NCBI GenBank assembly: GCA_963789955.1
Contig: CAWBMV010000032.1
Span: forward strand, 1-33,624
Direction of reading: 5' to 3'
DNA from: an uncultured Candidatus Rokubacteria bacterium
Lineage (GTDB): Bacteria; Methylomirabilota; Methylomirabilia; Rokubacteriales; CSP1-6
Length of the DNA stretch: 33,624 nt
Under the pieces are notes generated by a model. The model saw only the letters and a list, made by a program, of their open reading frames with translations. It did no database searches and was not told the DNA's origin. A program made the position numbers and the translations under genes. Of the stretch, positions 8,847 through 18,448 are shown one piece after another (the first letter of the stretch is position 1; each line of letters begins with the position of its first letter).

Positions 8847-9707
8847 GTGTCGATCGAGCTCCTCGTCCAGGCGCTGCTCAACGGATTCGGCCTGGCGATG
8901 GCCTACGTGCTGGTCGCCCTCGGCCTCACCCTCATCTTCTCCATTCTCGAGATCATCAACTTCGCCCACGGCGAGTTCTACATGCTCGGGGGCTACGTCA
9001 CCTACTACGTCTACGCGCTCTTCGGCCTGAACTATTTCGCGACGCTCGTGCTGGCGATCGTCACGGTCGGCATCGCGGGCGTGGTCGCCGAGCGGCTGAT
9101 CTTCCACGACCTGCGCGGCAAGGCGCTCAACGCGTTCATCGTGTCGCTCGGGCTCCTGTGGGTCATGCAGGCCGGCGCGCAGCTCGGATTCGGCGTCCTC
9201 GACAAGCCCGTGCCGTCCGCGTTTTCGGGAGTCGTGCGCGTGTTCGGGCTGGTGATGTCGGTCGAGCGGATGGTGGTGAGCCTCACCGCGATCGTGCTCA
9301 TCGTCGGGCTCTACCTGTTCCTGCGTCTGAGCCGGCCCGGCCGCGCCATGCGCGCGGTCGCCCAGGATCCGGACGCCGCCGCGCTCCAGGGGGTCAACAT
9401 CGACGCCGTCTCCGCCCTCGGCTTCGGTGTCGGCTGCGCGCTCGCCGGCGGCGCCGGCGGCCTGCTGGCCCCGCTCTTCGCGGTGAGCCCGGCGATGGGC
9501 GCGCTGCCGGTCGTCAAGGCGTTCATCATTATTATCGTCGGCGGCATGGGCAGCCTGCCGGGGGCCGTCCTGGGCGGCCTGCTCCTGGGCGGCGTCGAGG
9601 GCCTCGGCACGCTCTTCATGGGCAGCGCCGCCGTCAACATCCTCGGTTTTCTCATGGTGATCGTGGTCCTGCTCGTGCGGCCGCGTGGGCTCGTCGGTGG
9701 AGCGTAG
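8847..9707 (+). CDS. livH: HAAT family ABC permease, LivH-like
   Basis: ALGLTLIFSILEIINFAHGEFYMLG, GRAMRAVAQD, RPRGLVG. Confidence 0.92.
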   Translation: MSIELLVQALLNGFGLAMAYVLVALGLTLIFSILEIINFAHGEFYMLGGYVTYYVYALFGLNYFATLVLAIVTVGIAGVVAERLIFHDLRGKALNAFIVSLGLLWVMQAGAQLGFGVLDKPVPSAFSGVVRVFGLVMSVERMVVSLTAIVLIVGLYLFLRLSRPGRAMRAVAQDPDAAALQGVNIDAVSALGFGVGCALAGGAGGLLAPLFAVSPAMGALPVVKAFIIIIVGGMGSLPGAVLGGLLLGGVEGLGTLFMGSAAVNILGFLMVIVVLLVRPRGLVGGA

Positions 9708-10692
9708 CGCCGCCGCGCCCGCGGCGGGCGTGGGGCTGATCGCGCTGGCGGCGGCGGTGCTGCCCCTGCTCACACGCGACTCCTATTACCTGGACGTCGC
9801 GACCACGATCCTCATGAACCTCACCTTGACGATGAGCTTTCGGCTACAGGTCAGCACCGGCCAGATCAACATGGCGCACATCTCGTTCATGGGGATCGGC
9901 GCCTACGCGTCGGCGCTCCTCGTGACCCGGGTCGGGCTGTCGTTCTGGGCCACGCTCTGGATCGGCGCGCTGGTGGCGGCCTTGCTAGCCGTGCCGATCG
10001 GCAGCGTGGCGCTGCGCGTGAGCGGCCCCTACTACTTCCTCATCACGTTCGCGTTCTCCGAAGTCGTGCGGCTCTTCTTCAACAACTTCTTCGAAGGACT
10101 GTTCGGCGGCCCCTCGGGGCTGGTCGGGATTCCGAAGCCCGGCCGCCTGCTCGGCTTGACCTTCGACAGCAAGCTCGCCCTCTACTGGCTCATGGCGGTG
10201 ATCAGTGTCGTCGTGGTGCTGACCTTCGTGCGTCTGGACTACTCGCGGTTCGGCCTCACGGCGGGTGCGATCCGCCAGGCCGATCTCGTCGCGGAGACGC
10301 TCGGCGTGAACGTCTTCCGCTACAAGCTGACGACGTTCGTGCTCGGCAGCTTCGTGGCCGGGCTCGCCGGTGTCTTCTTCGCGCACTACCGCCAGGTCCT
10401 GCACTCCAGTGACTTCGGTCTGGAGCCGATGGTGCTGCTCGTCGTCTTCGCGGTGATCGGCGGCACCGGCAGCGTGTGGGGGCCGGTCGTCGGCACGATC
10501 GTGATGACCCTCGCCTCCGAGCTACTCCGTGAGCTCCACCACTACGAGATCCTCGTCTTCGGCGCCGTGCTCATCCTGACGATGCTCTTCGCGCCCGAGG
10601 GACTCGTGGCGCTTCCGGGCGCCGTCCGTCGCTTCCTCCGCAGACCGCAGCGACGGGCGCCCGCGCCCAGGGGAGCCGGCCTTGCTCCTTGA
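9697..10692 (+). CDS. livM: HAAT family ABC permease, LivM-like
   Basis: TGQINMAHISFMGIGAY, IGGTGSVWGPVVG, FAPEGL; GTG at 9697 overlaps the livH end. Confidence 0.9.
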   Translation: MERSAAAPAAGVGLIALAAAVLPLLTRDSYYLDVATTILMNLTLTMSFRLQVSTGQINMAHISFMGIGAYASALLVTRVGLSFWATLWIGALVAALLAVPIGSVALRVSGPYYFLITFAFSEVVRLFFNNFFEGLFGGPSGLVGIPKPGRLLGLTFDSKLALYWLMAVISVVVVLTFVRLDYSRFGLTAGAIRQADLVAETLGVNVFRYKLTTFVLGSFVAGLAGVFFAHYRQVLHSSDFGLEPMVLLVVFAVIGGTGSVWGPVVGTIVMTLASELLRELHHYEILVFGAVLILTMLFAPEGLVALPGAVRRFLRRPQRRAPAPRGAGLAP

Positions 10693-11449
10693 GCTGCGTT
10701 CCGTCTCCCGGCGCTTCGGCGGGTTGCAGGCCGTCGCCGACCTCACGATGACGGTCGCGTCCGGATCGATCCACGGCCTCATCGGTCCCAACGGCGCCGG
10801 CAAGAGCACGGTCTTCAATCTGATTACCGGTGTCATTCCCCTCACGGCGGGCGAGATCCGGTTCAAGGGCGAGCGGATCTCCGGCCTGCGCCCCTCGGAC
10901 ATCTGCCGTCGCGGCGTCGCGCGGACGTTCCAGGCGACGGCGCTGTTTCGCGAGTACACCGTGCTCCAGAACGTGCTCGTCGGCGCCCACCTGCTGGCGG
11001 CCCCCGGGCTCGTGCCGGCGCTCGCGTGGTCCGGCGCCTATCGCGAGCGCGAGCGCCGCGCCCACGAACGGGGACGGGCACTCCTCGCGTCGCTCGGGCT
11101 CGGCGCGGTCGCGAGCCAGGTGGCCGGCCAGCTTCCGCACCGCGACCAGAAGGCGCTGGCGCTCGCGATGGCGCTCGCCACCGGTGCCGAGCTCGTCATC
11201 CTCGACGAGCCGCTCGCCGGGCTCACCGATCAGGAGAAGGCGGAGACGACCGCCGTGCTCAGACGGCTGCGCGAGCAGGGCATCACCGTGCTCCTCGTCG
11301 AGCACGACATGCGGGCGGTCATGGGGGTCTGCGACACCGTGACCGTGCTCGATCACGGCGTGCGCATCGCCGAGGGCACGCCGCGCGAGATCCAGACGAA
11401 CGCCGCGGTCATCGAGGCCTATCTGGGCGCGGAGGAGCCGGGTGCTTGA
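10682..11449 (+). CDS. livG: HAAT family ABC ATP-binding protein, LivG-like
   Basis: Walker [14 protein letters not shown], Walker B ILDEP, VEHDM, VIEAYLG. Confidence 0.93.
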   Translation: MLLELRSVSRRFGGLQAVADLTMTVASGSIHGLIGPNGAGKSTVFNLITGVIPLTAGEIRFKGERISGLRPSDICRRGVARTFQATALFREYTVLQNVLVGAHLLAAPGLVPALAWSGAYRERERRAHERGRALLASLGLGAVASQVAGQLPHRDQKALALAMALATGAELVILDEPLAGLTDQEKAETTAVLRRLREQGITVLLVEHDMRAVMGVCDTVTVLDHGVRIAEGTPREIQTNAAVIEAYLGAEEPGA

Positions 11450-12150
11450 GCTGACCGATCTCTCCGTCCACTACGGAAACGTCGCCGCGGTCGACGGCGT
11501 CTCGGTCACCGTGCAGGAAGGCGAGATCGTCGCGATCATCGGTCCCAACGGCGCCGGCAAGACCTCGACCTTGCGCGCGCTGTCGGGACTGGTGCCGGCC
11601 GAGCGGCGGGCGGATCGTCTTCCGCGGGGTCGACATCTCGCGGTGGCGCGCGCACCGCATCGTCACGCTCGGGCTCTCGCACGCGCCGGAAGGTCGGCGG
11701 CTCTTCCCGCAGATGACGGTCCTCGACAACCTCCGGATGGGCGCCTACCGGCGGCGCGACGGGCAGGCCATCGAGCGAACGCTGGCCGAGGTCCTCGAGC
11801 GATTCCCGCGGCTCGGCGAGCGGCGCCGCCAGCTCGCGGGCACGCTCAGCGGGGGCGAGCAGCAGATGCTCACGATCGGCCGCGCGCTGATGTCGAGCCC
11901 GACGATGCTCGTGCTGGACGAGCCATCGTTCGGCCTGGCCCCCTTGATCGTGCGCGAGATCCGGACCATCGTGGAGTCGATCAACCGCGAGCGGAAGGTC
12001 GCGGTCCTGCTGGTCGAGCAAAATGCGCGCATGGCGCTGGCCGTCGCGGCCCGCGCCTACGTGATGGAGACCGGCCGGATCGTGCTGAGCGGCCCCGCGG
12101 CCGCGCTCCGCGAGAGCCCGCACGTCAAGGCCGCCTACCTCGGCGGATGA
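11442..12150 (+). CDS. livF: HAAT family ABC ATP-binding protein, LivF-like; +1 frameshift near 11597-11600
   Basis: Walker A GPNGAGKT lies in the first frame. [34 protein letters not shown] and AAYLGG lie in the next frame. Confidence 0.88.
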
Positions 12151-12172
12151 TGGAGAGGCTGGAGGCATCGCC

Positions 12173-13798
12173 ATGAAGTTCGCGACGCAGCTCACGGACG
12201 ATCTCATCGCGCGCTACCAGGAGTCGGGGCACTGGGGCTCCGAGACGTTCTACGCGATCCTGTCCGCACGGGCCGCGGCGCATCCCGCTCGGATCGCGAT
12301 CGTCGACCGTGGACGCCGCGTCACCTATGCCGAGCTCAAGGCGCGAGTCGACCGGGTCGCGGCGGGATTCGCGGCACTCGGCATCGGCTCGGGAGACGTC
12401 GTCACGATCCAGCTGCCGAACTGGGTCGAGTTCGCGTACGTCTTCTTTGCCCTGGAGCGTCTGGGCGCGGTCGCGAACCAGATCGGGCCGGATTTTCGGA
12501 GCCGCGAGGTCGACTACATCCTGCGCTTCTCGGAGAGCCGCGCCTTCGTCTGCCCGGCGCGCTTCAAGAGCTTCGACTACGTGAAGATGATCGGCGAGCT
12601 GCGCCCCGGCCTGCCCGATCTCAAGACGGTCTGTGTCCTCGGGAGCCCGTCCGGCGGCGCGACGTCGGGCCTCGTGTCCCTGGACGCGCTCGTTGAGAAC
12701 GCCGCCGCCGTGCCTCCGCCCGCCGCCGGCCAGGGCGCGAACGACGTCATGCGGATGGCGTTCACGTCGGGCACCACCGGCAACCCCAAGGGCGTGATCC
12801 ACAGCCACAACACGACGCTCTCGACATGCCGGACCCTGAACGCCGACATGGGTGTCTCCCCGGACGACGTCTTCCTGATCTATCTACCGCTCGGCCTCAA
12901 CTGGGGTTACCTGACGCTCGTGCAGACCGTGATGGCGGGAGCGCGGGCGGTCCTGCTCGACCAGTTCAGCGCCCGCGCCGCGCTCGAGCTCATCCAGGGC
13001 GAGCGCGTGACCTACATCCCGACCGCGCCGGCGTCGATCATCGCGATGCTGAACGACCCCGAGCTCGAGCGCTTCGACCTGTCGTCGCTGCGCGTGGTCA
13101 TCACGGGCGGCGCCTCGTGTCCGATCGAGACGATTCGGGAGTTCCGGGCGCGCATGCACGGCCACCTGATCGAGCTCTACGGCATGCTCGAGACGGGCTT
13201 TCACACGTACACCCGGCTCGACGACGACCCGGAGGCGGTCACCGGGACGGTCGGCACCGTCTCCTCGGGCCTCGGGCTCCGGCTGATCGACGAGTCGGGG
13301 CGCGACGTCGCGGCCGGCGCGGAGGGAGAGATCGCGGCTCTCGGCCCGTCGGTCCACCTCGGCTACCACAAGAATCCGTCGGCGAACGCCGAGCTCTTCA
13401 CCAGCGACGGCTGGTTTCGCACCGGCGACCTCGGGCAGTTCGACGGTGCCGGCAACGTGAAGATCGTCGGGCGGCTCAAGGAGATGATCAACCGCGGCGG
13501 CAAGAAGTTCTTTCCGCGCGAGATCGAGGAGATTCTCTATACCCATCCGAAGATCTTGCACGCCGCCATCGTCGGGGTGCCCGATTCGCGGCTCGGCGAG
13601 CGCAACTGTCTCTGCGTGATCCCCCGTCCCGGACAGACCATCGCGCTCGACGAGGTGGTCGGCTATCTCAAGGATGGGGTGGCGACCTACAAGCTACCGG
13701 AGACGATCGAGATCTTCGACGAGCTCCCGTTCACGCCGACCGGGAAGATCCAGCGCCACGTGCTCGTGAAACGCGTGCTCGAGCGCCGCGGGGTCTAG
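12173..13798 (+). CDS. AMP-dependent acyl-CoA ligase (cyclohexanecarboxylate-CoA ligase/FadK-like subgroup)
   Basis: [12 protein letters not shown]-loop, [41 protein letters not shown]. Confidence 0.92.
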   Translation: MKFATQLTDDLIARYQESGHWGSETFYAILSARAAAHPARIAIVDRGRRVTYAELKARVDRVAAGFAALGIGSGDVVTIQLPNWVEFAYVFFALERLGAVANQIGPDFRSREVDYILRFSESRAFVCPARFKSFDYVKMIGELRPGLPDLKTVCVLGSPSGGATSGLVSLDALVENAAAVPPPAAGQGANDVMRMAFTSGTTGNPKGVIHSHNTTLSTCRTLNADMGVSPDDVFLIYLPLGLNWGYLTLVQTVMAGARAVLLDQFSARAALELIQGERVTYIPTAPASIIAMLNDPELERFDLSSLRVVITGGASCPIETIREFRARMHGHLIELYGMLETGFHTYTRLDDDPEAVTGTVGTVSSGLGLRLIDESGRDVAAGAEGEIAALGPSVHLGYHKNPSANAELFTSDGWFRTGDLGQFDGAGNVKIVGRLKEMINRGGKKFFPREIEEILYTHPKILHAAIVGVPDSRLGERNCLCVIPRPGQTIALDEVVGYLKDGVATYKLPETIEIFDELPFTPTGKIQRHVLVKRVLERRGV

Positions 13799-14175
13799 TC
13801 TTTGCCGAACCGGATGATCGTGTAACCCAGGGCGGAGACTTCGCCCTGGCGGATCCGGCGGTCGAGCCCGTGATGCTCCTCGGCAACGGTCTGCTCTTCC
13901 TCCTGGCGGTCGCCCCGGCGCCGGTCCAGCATGACCTTCACACCGCTCACGCCCGCCAGCTCGCGCTGCAGATGCTCGTAGAGGGCGATCTCCTTGGCGC
14001 CGACGACGAGCAGGAGGCGAACTCCCGGGAACGAGCGCGAGGGCATCCGGTTGAGGAGGTCGACGGTGTGGCGGCGGCAGATCCCGTGGGTCTCAGCAGG
14101 GTTGTCGAGCGGCGCCCGCTCTCCAAGGATGGCCGGCTGCCCTTCGTTTTGACACCAGGCGCAGGTGACTTTCAT
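13795..14175 (-). CDS. Hypothetical protein with CxxC...HxxCxxH putative metal-binding motif and Arg-rich DRR motifs
   Basis: MKVTCAWCQ...THGICRRH...LLVVGAKEIALYEHLQRELAG...VMLDRRRGDRQ...DRR. The ATG at 14175 lies downstream of a sigma54-like promoter. Confidence 0.75.
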   Translation of the reverse strand: MKVTCAWCQNEGQPAILGERAPLDNPAETHGICRRHTVDLLNRMPSRSFPGVRLLLVVGAKEIALYEHLQRELAGVSGVKVMLDRRRGDRQEEEQTVAEEHHGLDRRIRQGEVSALGYTIIRFGKD

Positions 14176-14242
14176 CTCCCACCGCGCGCCCGAGCCGCGA
14201 TCGTGCCCCGCTGTTCCATGCTTCCTCTTTAAGATGCTGTAA

Positions 14243-14258
14243 AGCACGGCGAGTGCCA
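14243..14258 (-). promoter_or_regulatory. Sigma54 (RpoN) -24/-12 promoter
   Basis: Minus strand TGGCACTCGCCGTGCT against consensus TGGCAC-N5-TTGCW. GG and GC are separated by the required 10 nt, about 70 nt upstream of ATG 14175. Confidence 0.7.
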
Positions 14259-14340
14259 CACGATTCCGGATTTGGCCGGGCCTCCCGATCGAAGGTTCTC
14301 AGCAACTTGCGGCTCAGGCGCGCAGGGTTCCCAAGCCTGA

Positions 14341-14357
14341 TTGGCAAAACCTGACAA
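14341..14357. promoter_or_regulatory. Palindromic candidate enhancer (upstream activator site)
   Basis: TTGGCA-AAACC-TGACAA is a 6-5-6 palindrome with one mismatch, in an AT-rich patch about 85-100 bp upstream of the -24 element. Confidence 0.5.
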
Positions 14358-14377
14358 TTTTGGATGGACGTCGTGGA

Positions 14378-14824
14378 TCAGTACGCGGTCGCGGGGCGGC
14401 TCCTCGGCGGCAGCGCCGCGGCCCTCCGATCGCGTGCGACCGTGGCCCGCAGAAACTGGGCGACGAGCTCGGGCAGGGTCCCCGGCTCGAACGGTTTCGG
14501 GATGAATCCGATGCAGCCGGCCCTCACGAGCTGGTTCGCCTCGGCGGCGGTGCCGGACGTGAACGCGACCGTGGGAATGCCCCGCGTCGCGGCATCGGAC
14601 TTGAGCGCACTGACCACCGCCAGGCCGTCCATCTCGGGCATGTGATAGTCGACCAGGATCAGGTCGGGACGCTCCGCCCGCGCCAGCTCGAGCCCGTCGC
14701 GTCCCTTCGTGGCCTCGAGGACTCGGTGGCCGTGAGCCCGCAGAAGCTCGGTGAGCGTGCTCAGGACGAGCGCGTCGTCGTCGACGACCAGGAGCGTGAA
14801 GGGGGTCGATCTAGCGGAGCCCAG
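14378..14824 (-). CDS. Single-domain response regulator (REC); CTG start, or a frameshifted tail of the upstream kinase
   Basis: The frame stays open upstream of the ORF-track ATG: TLLVVDDDALVL...RPDLILVDYHMPEMDG...FIPKPF. There is no in-frame ATG/GTG/TTG before the VVDD motif, but a CTG at 14824 follows GAGGG at 5 nt. Confidence 0.8.
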   Translation of the reverse strand: MGSARSTPFTLLVVDDDALVLSTLTELLRAHGHRVLEATKGRDGLELARAERPDLILVDYHMPEMDGLAVVSALKSDAATRGIPTVAFTSGTAAEANQLVRAGCIGFIPKPFEPGTLPELVAQFLRATVARDRRAAALPPRSRPATAY

Positions 14825-16409
14825 GGGAACCCTCGGGACGCGGATCGGCTCCGGGCTCGATCAGCATGCGATGGACGAGCTGACGGACCTCGGGCAAGTC
14901 GAAGGGCTTCAGCACGTGCGGCGCGCCGGTGCGCTCGAGAAACGCGCGCTTCTCGCGGTTGAGAATGTCGCCGGTGACGAAGACGATGCGGTGCCGCAGA
15001 TGCGGGAACCGGCGCTCGACCTCGGCGTAGAAATGCTCGCCGTCGAGCCTGGGCATTTTCGTATCGCTGAGAACCAGATCGTACGCGCGCTGGCCGAGCA
15101 TCTCGAGCGCCATCGCGCCGTTGTCGGCGATCCCGATCTGGTGCCCGTCGCCCTGCAGTGCCTCGGCCAGGGTAGCGGCGATGTCGGCCTCGTCGTCGAC
15201 GATCAAGATCGCCTTCCCCGCGATCGGCGCCAACGATTCGGGCGCCGCCGCTTCGACGGCCGGCGCGGGGCACGCCACCACCGGCAGCTCGAGCCGGAAC
15301 GTCGCGCCGTGCCCGACCTCGCTCTCGACCGTGATGGTGCCGCCGTGCTCCTCGAGCGTGCGCCGGCAGAGCGACAGGCCGAGCCCGGTCCCCTCGCCCT
15401 GAGGCTTGGTCGTGAAGAAGGGCTCGAAGATCCGCGCCTGCACGGCGGCGGGGATACCGGGTCCGCTGTCTTTCACCTCGATGAGGACTCGGTTGGCCGT
15501 CATCCCGGTCCTGATCGCGAGCCGGCGCTGCATGTCCATCGGGCGCATCGCCTGGATCGCGTTGACCACGAGGTTCACGACGACCTGATGGATCTGGTGA
15601 CCGTCGGCCCAGATCACCGGCACGGTGTCGCCAAGATCCAGGGTGACCTCGACGTTGCTGGTGCGCAGGTCGTAGCCGAGCAGCTCGACGGCTTCCTGGA
15701 CGATCGAGTTCAGCGCCACCGGGGTACGCTCCGGCGGCCGCTGGCGCGCCAGCGAAAGAAAGTTCCGGACGATCCGCGCACAGCGGTCGGCGCCGGCGAG
15801 GATCTTCTCGGCGCGCTGGACCAGCGCGGGCTCGCGCGCCCCGTTGCGGAGCAGATGGGCCTGTCCCATCACGATCGCGAGCGGGTTATTGAGCTCGTGC
15901 GCGACGCCCGCGAGCAAGGAGCCCATCGTCGCGACCTTCTCGCTTTGCACCAGGCGCTGAGTACGCTCGGCGATGATCTGCTCGAGCGAGCGGTTGTGGC
16001 GGTCGAGATCGAGGTAGAGGCTGCGCGTGTCCAGGAGGTTGCGAATCCGCAGCATGACCTCGAGGCGGTCGAACGGCTTCGTCAGGAAGTCCTTGGCGCC
16101 GGCCTCGAGGGCGCGCTTCTTCGCGTCGCTGGTCGCGTCGGCCGTGAGCACCAGAATCGGCAGGAAGACGTCTTCGGGAATGTGCAGCTGCTGGATGACC
16201 GCGATCCCATCCAGGTGCGGCATCATCAGGTCGAGCAGGATGAGATCGGGCTGGAGCTCACCGTAGAGCGCGATCACCTGACGCGAGTCCGTCGTGCTCT
16301 TGACGTGCCGGTAGCCGCCTTCCGCCAGCATGCGCTCCAGGAGCCGCACGTTTGCCGGCTCATCGTCGACGACCAGGATCCGGGCCTGGGCCGGGTCTGC
16401 TTTGCCCAT
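14811..16409 (-). CDS. Cytoplasmic hybrid histidine kinase, REC-HisKA-HATPase-REC
   Basis: ILVVDDEP...LLDLMMP; H-box AGVAHELNNPL; NLVVNAIQA; DSGPGI; FEPFFTTK; GTGLGL; C-terminal LIVDDE...LSDTKMP...LKPF. Confidence 0.93.
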   Translation of the reverse strand: MGKADPAQARILVVDDEPANVRLLERMLAEGGYRHVKSTTDSRQVIALYGELQPDLILLDLMMPHLDGIAVIQQLHIPEDVFLPILVLTADATSDAKKRALEAGAKDFLTKPFDRLEVMLRIRNLLDTRSLYLDLDRHNRSLEQIIAERTQRLVQSEKVATMGSLLAGVAHELNNPLAIVMGQAHLLRNGAREPALVQRAEKILAGADRCARIVRNFLSLARQRPPERTPVALNSIVQEAVELLGYDLRTSNVEVTLDLGDTVPVIWADGHQIHQVVVNLVVNAIQAMRPMDMQRRLAIRTGMTANRVLIEVKDSGPGIPAAVQARIFEPFFTTKPQGEGTGLGLSLCRRTLEEHGGTITVESEVGHGATFRLELPVVACPAPAVEAAAPESLAPIAGKAILIVDDEADIAATLAEALQGDGHQIGIADNGAMALEMLGQRAYDLVLSDTKMPRLDGEHFYAEVERRFPHLRHRIVFVTGDILNREKRAFLERTGAPHVLKPFDLPEVRQLVHRMLIEPGADPRPEGSPGLR

Positions 16410-16411
16410 GG

Positions 16412-18448
16412 CTATCTCACCGCTCGCGCCAGCAGTTCGTCGAGCACGCCGAGAAATTCGGCGACCGACAGCGGTTTCGTCAGATAGGCGTGAGCGCCCT
16501 CACGAAGGAGACGGGCGGTCTGGCTCGGCGTCGCGTCGGCGCTCAGGATCACCACCGGGATCTCGCGTGTCCCAGGATCGGCTTTCAGCTCGGCGAGCAC
16601 CTCCTGCCCGCCGATGTCCGGCAGATGCAGATCCAGGACGATGGCATCCGGCTGATGCGCACGCGCCAGCTCGAGGCCTCGGCGGCCCTGCACCGCGGAG
16701 AGGAGCCTCACACCGGGGCGCCGCGTGACGATGCGCTCGACCAGCCGCAGATTCGCCGGATTGTCCTCGATGTACAGCACCGATCCCGCCGCGCTCGCCG
16801 CGTCGGCGCCGGGCGCGCTCGCCTCCGGCACACGCGACTCGCACACCGGAGTCGTCGCAACCGGCAGCTCCAGGGAAAACGCCGACCCCACGCCCAGCGT
16901 GCTCTCGGCCCGAAGAGTCCCGCCCATGAGCTCGACCAGGCCCTTCGAGAGCGCGAGCCCGAGCCCGGTGCCCTCGACGGCCCTGTCCGGCACGTCAAGG
17001 CGGTCGAACGGCGTGAAGAGCCGGTGCATGCGCTCCGGTGCGATGCCGGGCCCCGAGTCGGCAACGGTGATACGGCACTGGTCCGCGGAGGCGTCCTCGC
17101 ACGAGACGGTCACGGCGCCCTCGGGACGGTTGTACTTGACGGCGTTCGACAGAAGGTTCAGCAACACCTGCTGGAGCCGCTGACGGTCGGCCATGACGTG
17201 GCCATTCCAGACGACGGCCGACGCGAGACTGATGCCGCGGGCGGCTGCCAGCGGCCGGACGAGGTCGAGCGCCCCGTTGATGACCTCGCCGGTCTCGACC
17301 GGCTCGAGCGAGATCGAGGATTTGCCCGCCTCGATTCGCGCGAGATCGAGGATCTCGTTGATGAGCCCGAGCAGATGCCGGCCGCCCTTGAGGATGTGCT
17401 CGACCGCGTCGCGTTGCTCGTGCGTCTGGGCGTCGAGCTCCAGGAGCTGCGCGAAGCCGAGGATGCCGTTGAGCGGCGTGCGGAGCTCGTGACTCATGCG
17501 CGAGAGGAACTCGCTCTTGGCCCGGTTGGCGGTCGTCGCGCCTTCCTCGGCTCGCTGCGCACGCTGGCGCTCGCGGCGCTCGCTCTCGTGCGCCTCGACC
17601 AGGCGGGCGTAGAGCATCCCGTTCTCGACCAGGAGTACGACGAGCACGAAGCTCGCCGCCAGCAGCCCGTAGATCCGGCCCGCGTAGAACCCGAGATCGA
17701 ATCGGCCGGCGTTGAGCACCACGGCCAGACCGATGTCGAAGATCCACGCGCACAGGACGACGATCAGCCAGAGATCGAGGACGGAGTGCGGCCGGCGTCG
17801 CCAGAGCGCGCCGAGGGCCAGGAAGCTCAGCCCCCAGACGAGCGCGATGACCGCGCTCATCGCCGCGGTGTAGTGGCTCTCGCGCATGATCGCCGGAAGC
17901 AGGCCCTGGCCCGAGGTGGCGACGAGCGTGAAGGCACCGGCGGCGGCAGCGGCGGCCGCCGCCGTCCCAAGGATCGCGAAGATTGGCCGCCCCGGCGGAC
18001 GGCTCGGCTCGGCATCCGAGGTCTTGAGGAACGCGTACGCGATCACGAGGAGCGGAAAGCCGCCGTGCCAGAACATGTAGAGCCAGGCGGTGCTCTGCGG
18101 ACCCGCCCCGAGCAAGCCCGTCGGCCCAAAGAGGCCGGGAAACGTGAGCGCGTGGGCGACGGTCATGAACGCCGTGAACAGATAGGCCCCCGCCAGGATC
18201 TGCAACGCTCGCGATCTCAGGATGGCGAACTGGCCGAAGAGCAGGATCGCCGTCACCAGATCATTGATGACGAGCGCGGATTCGTAGACGGGGATGAAGG
18301 CCCAGACCTGGCCGAGCGGCCGCCTGGCGAGCGGAGCCAGCGCGAGAAAGATCACGCCGGAGACGACCACCACCGCGAGCGCCAGCCGGCGCTCATGGCG
18401 TCCGGCCGGCAACGTCGAGAGGACGACTGCGCGGTCGTCGGGGCTCAC
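16412..18448 (-). CDS. Membrane hybrid histidine kinase with MASE4-like sensor domain, HisKA, HATPase and REC
   Basis: Multi-TM N-terminus (AFIPVYESALVINDLVTAILLFGQF, STAWLYMFWHGGFP, RFDLGFYAGR); FLSRMSHELRTPL; NLLSNAVKY; GTGLGL; YIEDN...LDLHLP...TKP. GTG at 18448 overlaps the upstream TGA. Confidence 0.9.
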   Translation of the reverse strand: MSPDDRAVVLSTLPAGRHERRLALAVVVVSGVIFLALAPLARRPLGQVWAFIPVYESALVINDLVTAILLFGQFAILRSRALQILAGAYLFTAFMTVAHALTFPGLFGPTGLLGAGPQSTAWLYMFWHGGFPLLVIAYAFLKTSDAEPSRPPGRPIFAILGTAAAAAAAAGAFTLVATSGQGLLPAIMRESHYTAAMSAVIALVWGLSFLALGALWRRRPHSVLDLWLIVVLCAWIFDIGLAVVLNAGRFDLGFYAGRIYGLLAASFVLVVLLVENGMLYARLVEAHESERRERQRAQRAEEGATTANRAKSEFLSRMSHELRTPLNGILGFAQLLELDAQTHEQRDAVEHILKGGRHLLGLINEILDLARIEAGKSSISLEPVETGEVINGALDLVRPLAAARGISLASAVVWNGHVMADRQRLQQVLLNLLSNAVKYNRPEGAVTVSCEDASADQCRITVADSGPGIAPERMHRLFTPFDRLDVPDRAVEGTGLGLALSKGLVELMGGTLRAESTLGVGSAFSLELPVATTPVCESRVPEASAPGADAASAAGSVLYIEDNPANLRLVERIVTRRPGVRLLSAVQGRRGLELARAHQPDAIVLDLHLPDIGGQEVLAELKADPGTREIPVVILSADATPSQTARLLREGAHAYLTKPLSVAEFLGVLDELLARAVR

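Noticed and set aside
4421..9773. Very long alternative ORFs (908 aa at 4421-7147 and 822 aa at 7305-9773) and many similar ones
   Set aside because: They are Arg/Gly/Ala-rich shadow frames overlapping clear ABC genes, as expected in high-GC DNA, and have no recognisable motifs.
14320..14360. GGCAAAACC resembling the c-di-GMP-I riboswitch P2 motif
   Set aside because: It is on the wrong strand for the downstream gene and the remaining motifs are absent. It is better explained as a DNA palindrome.
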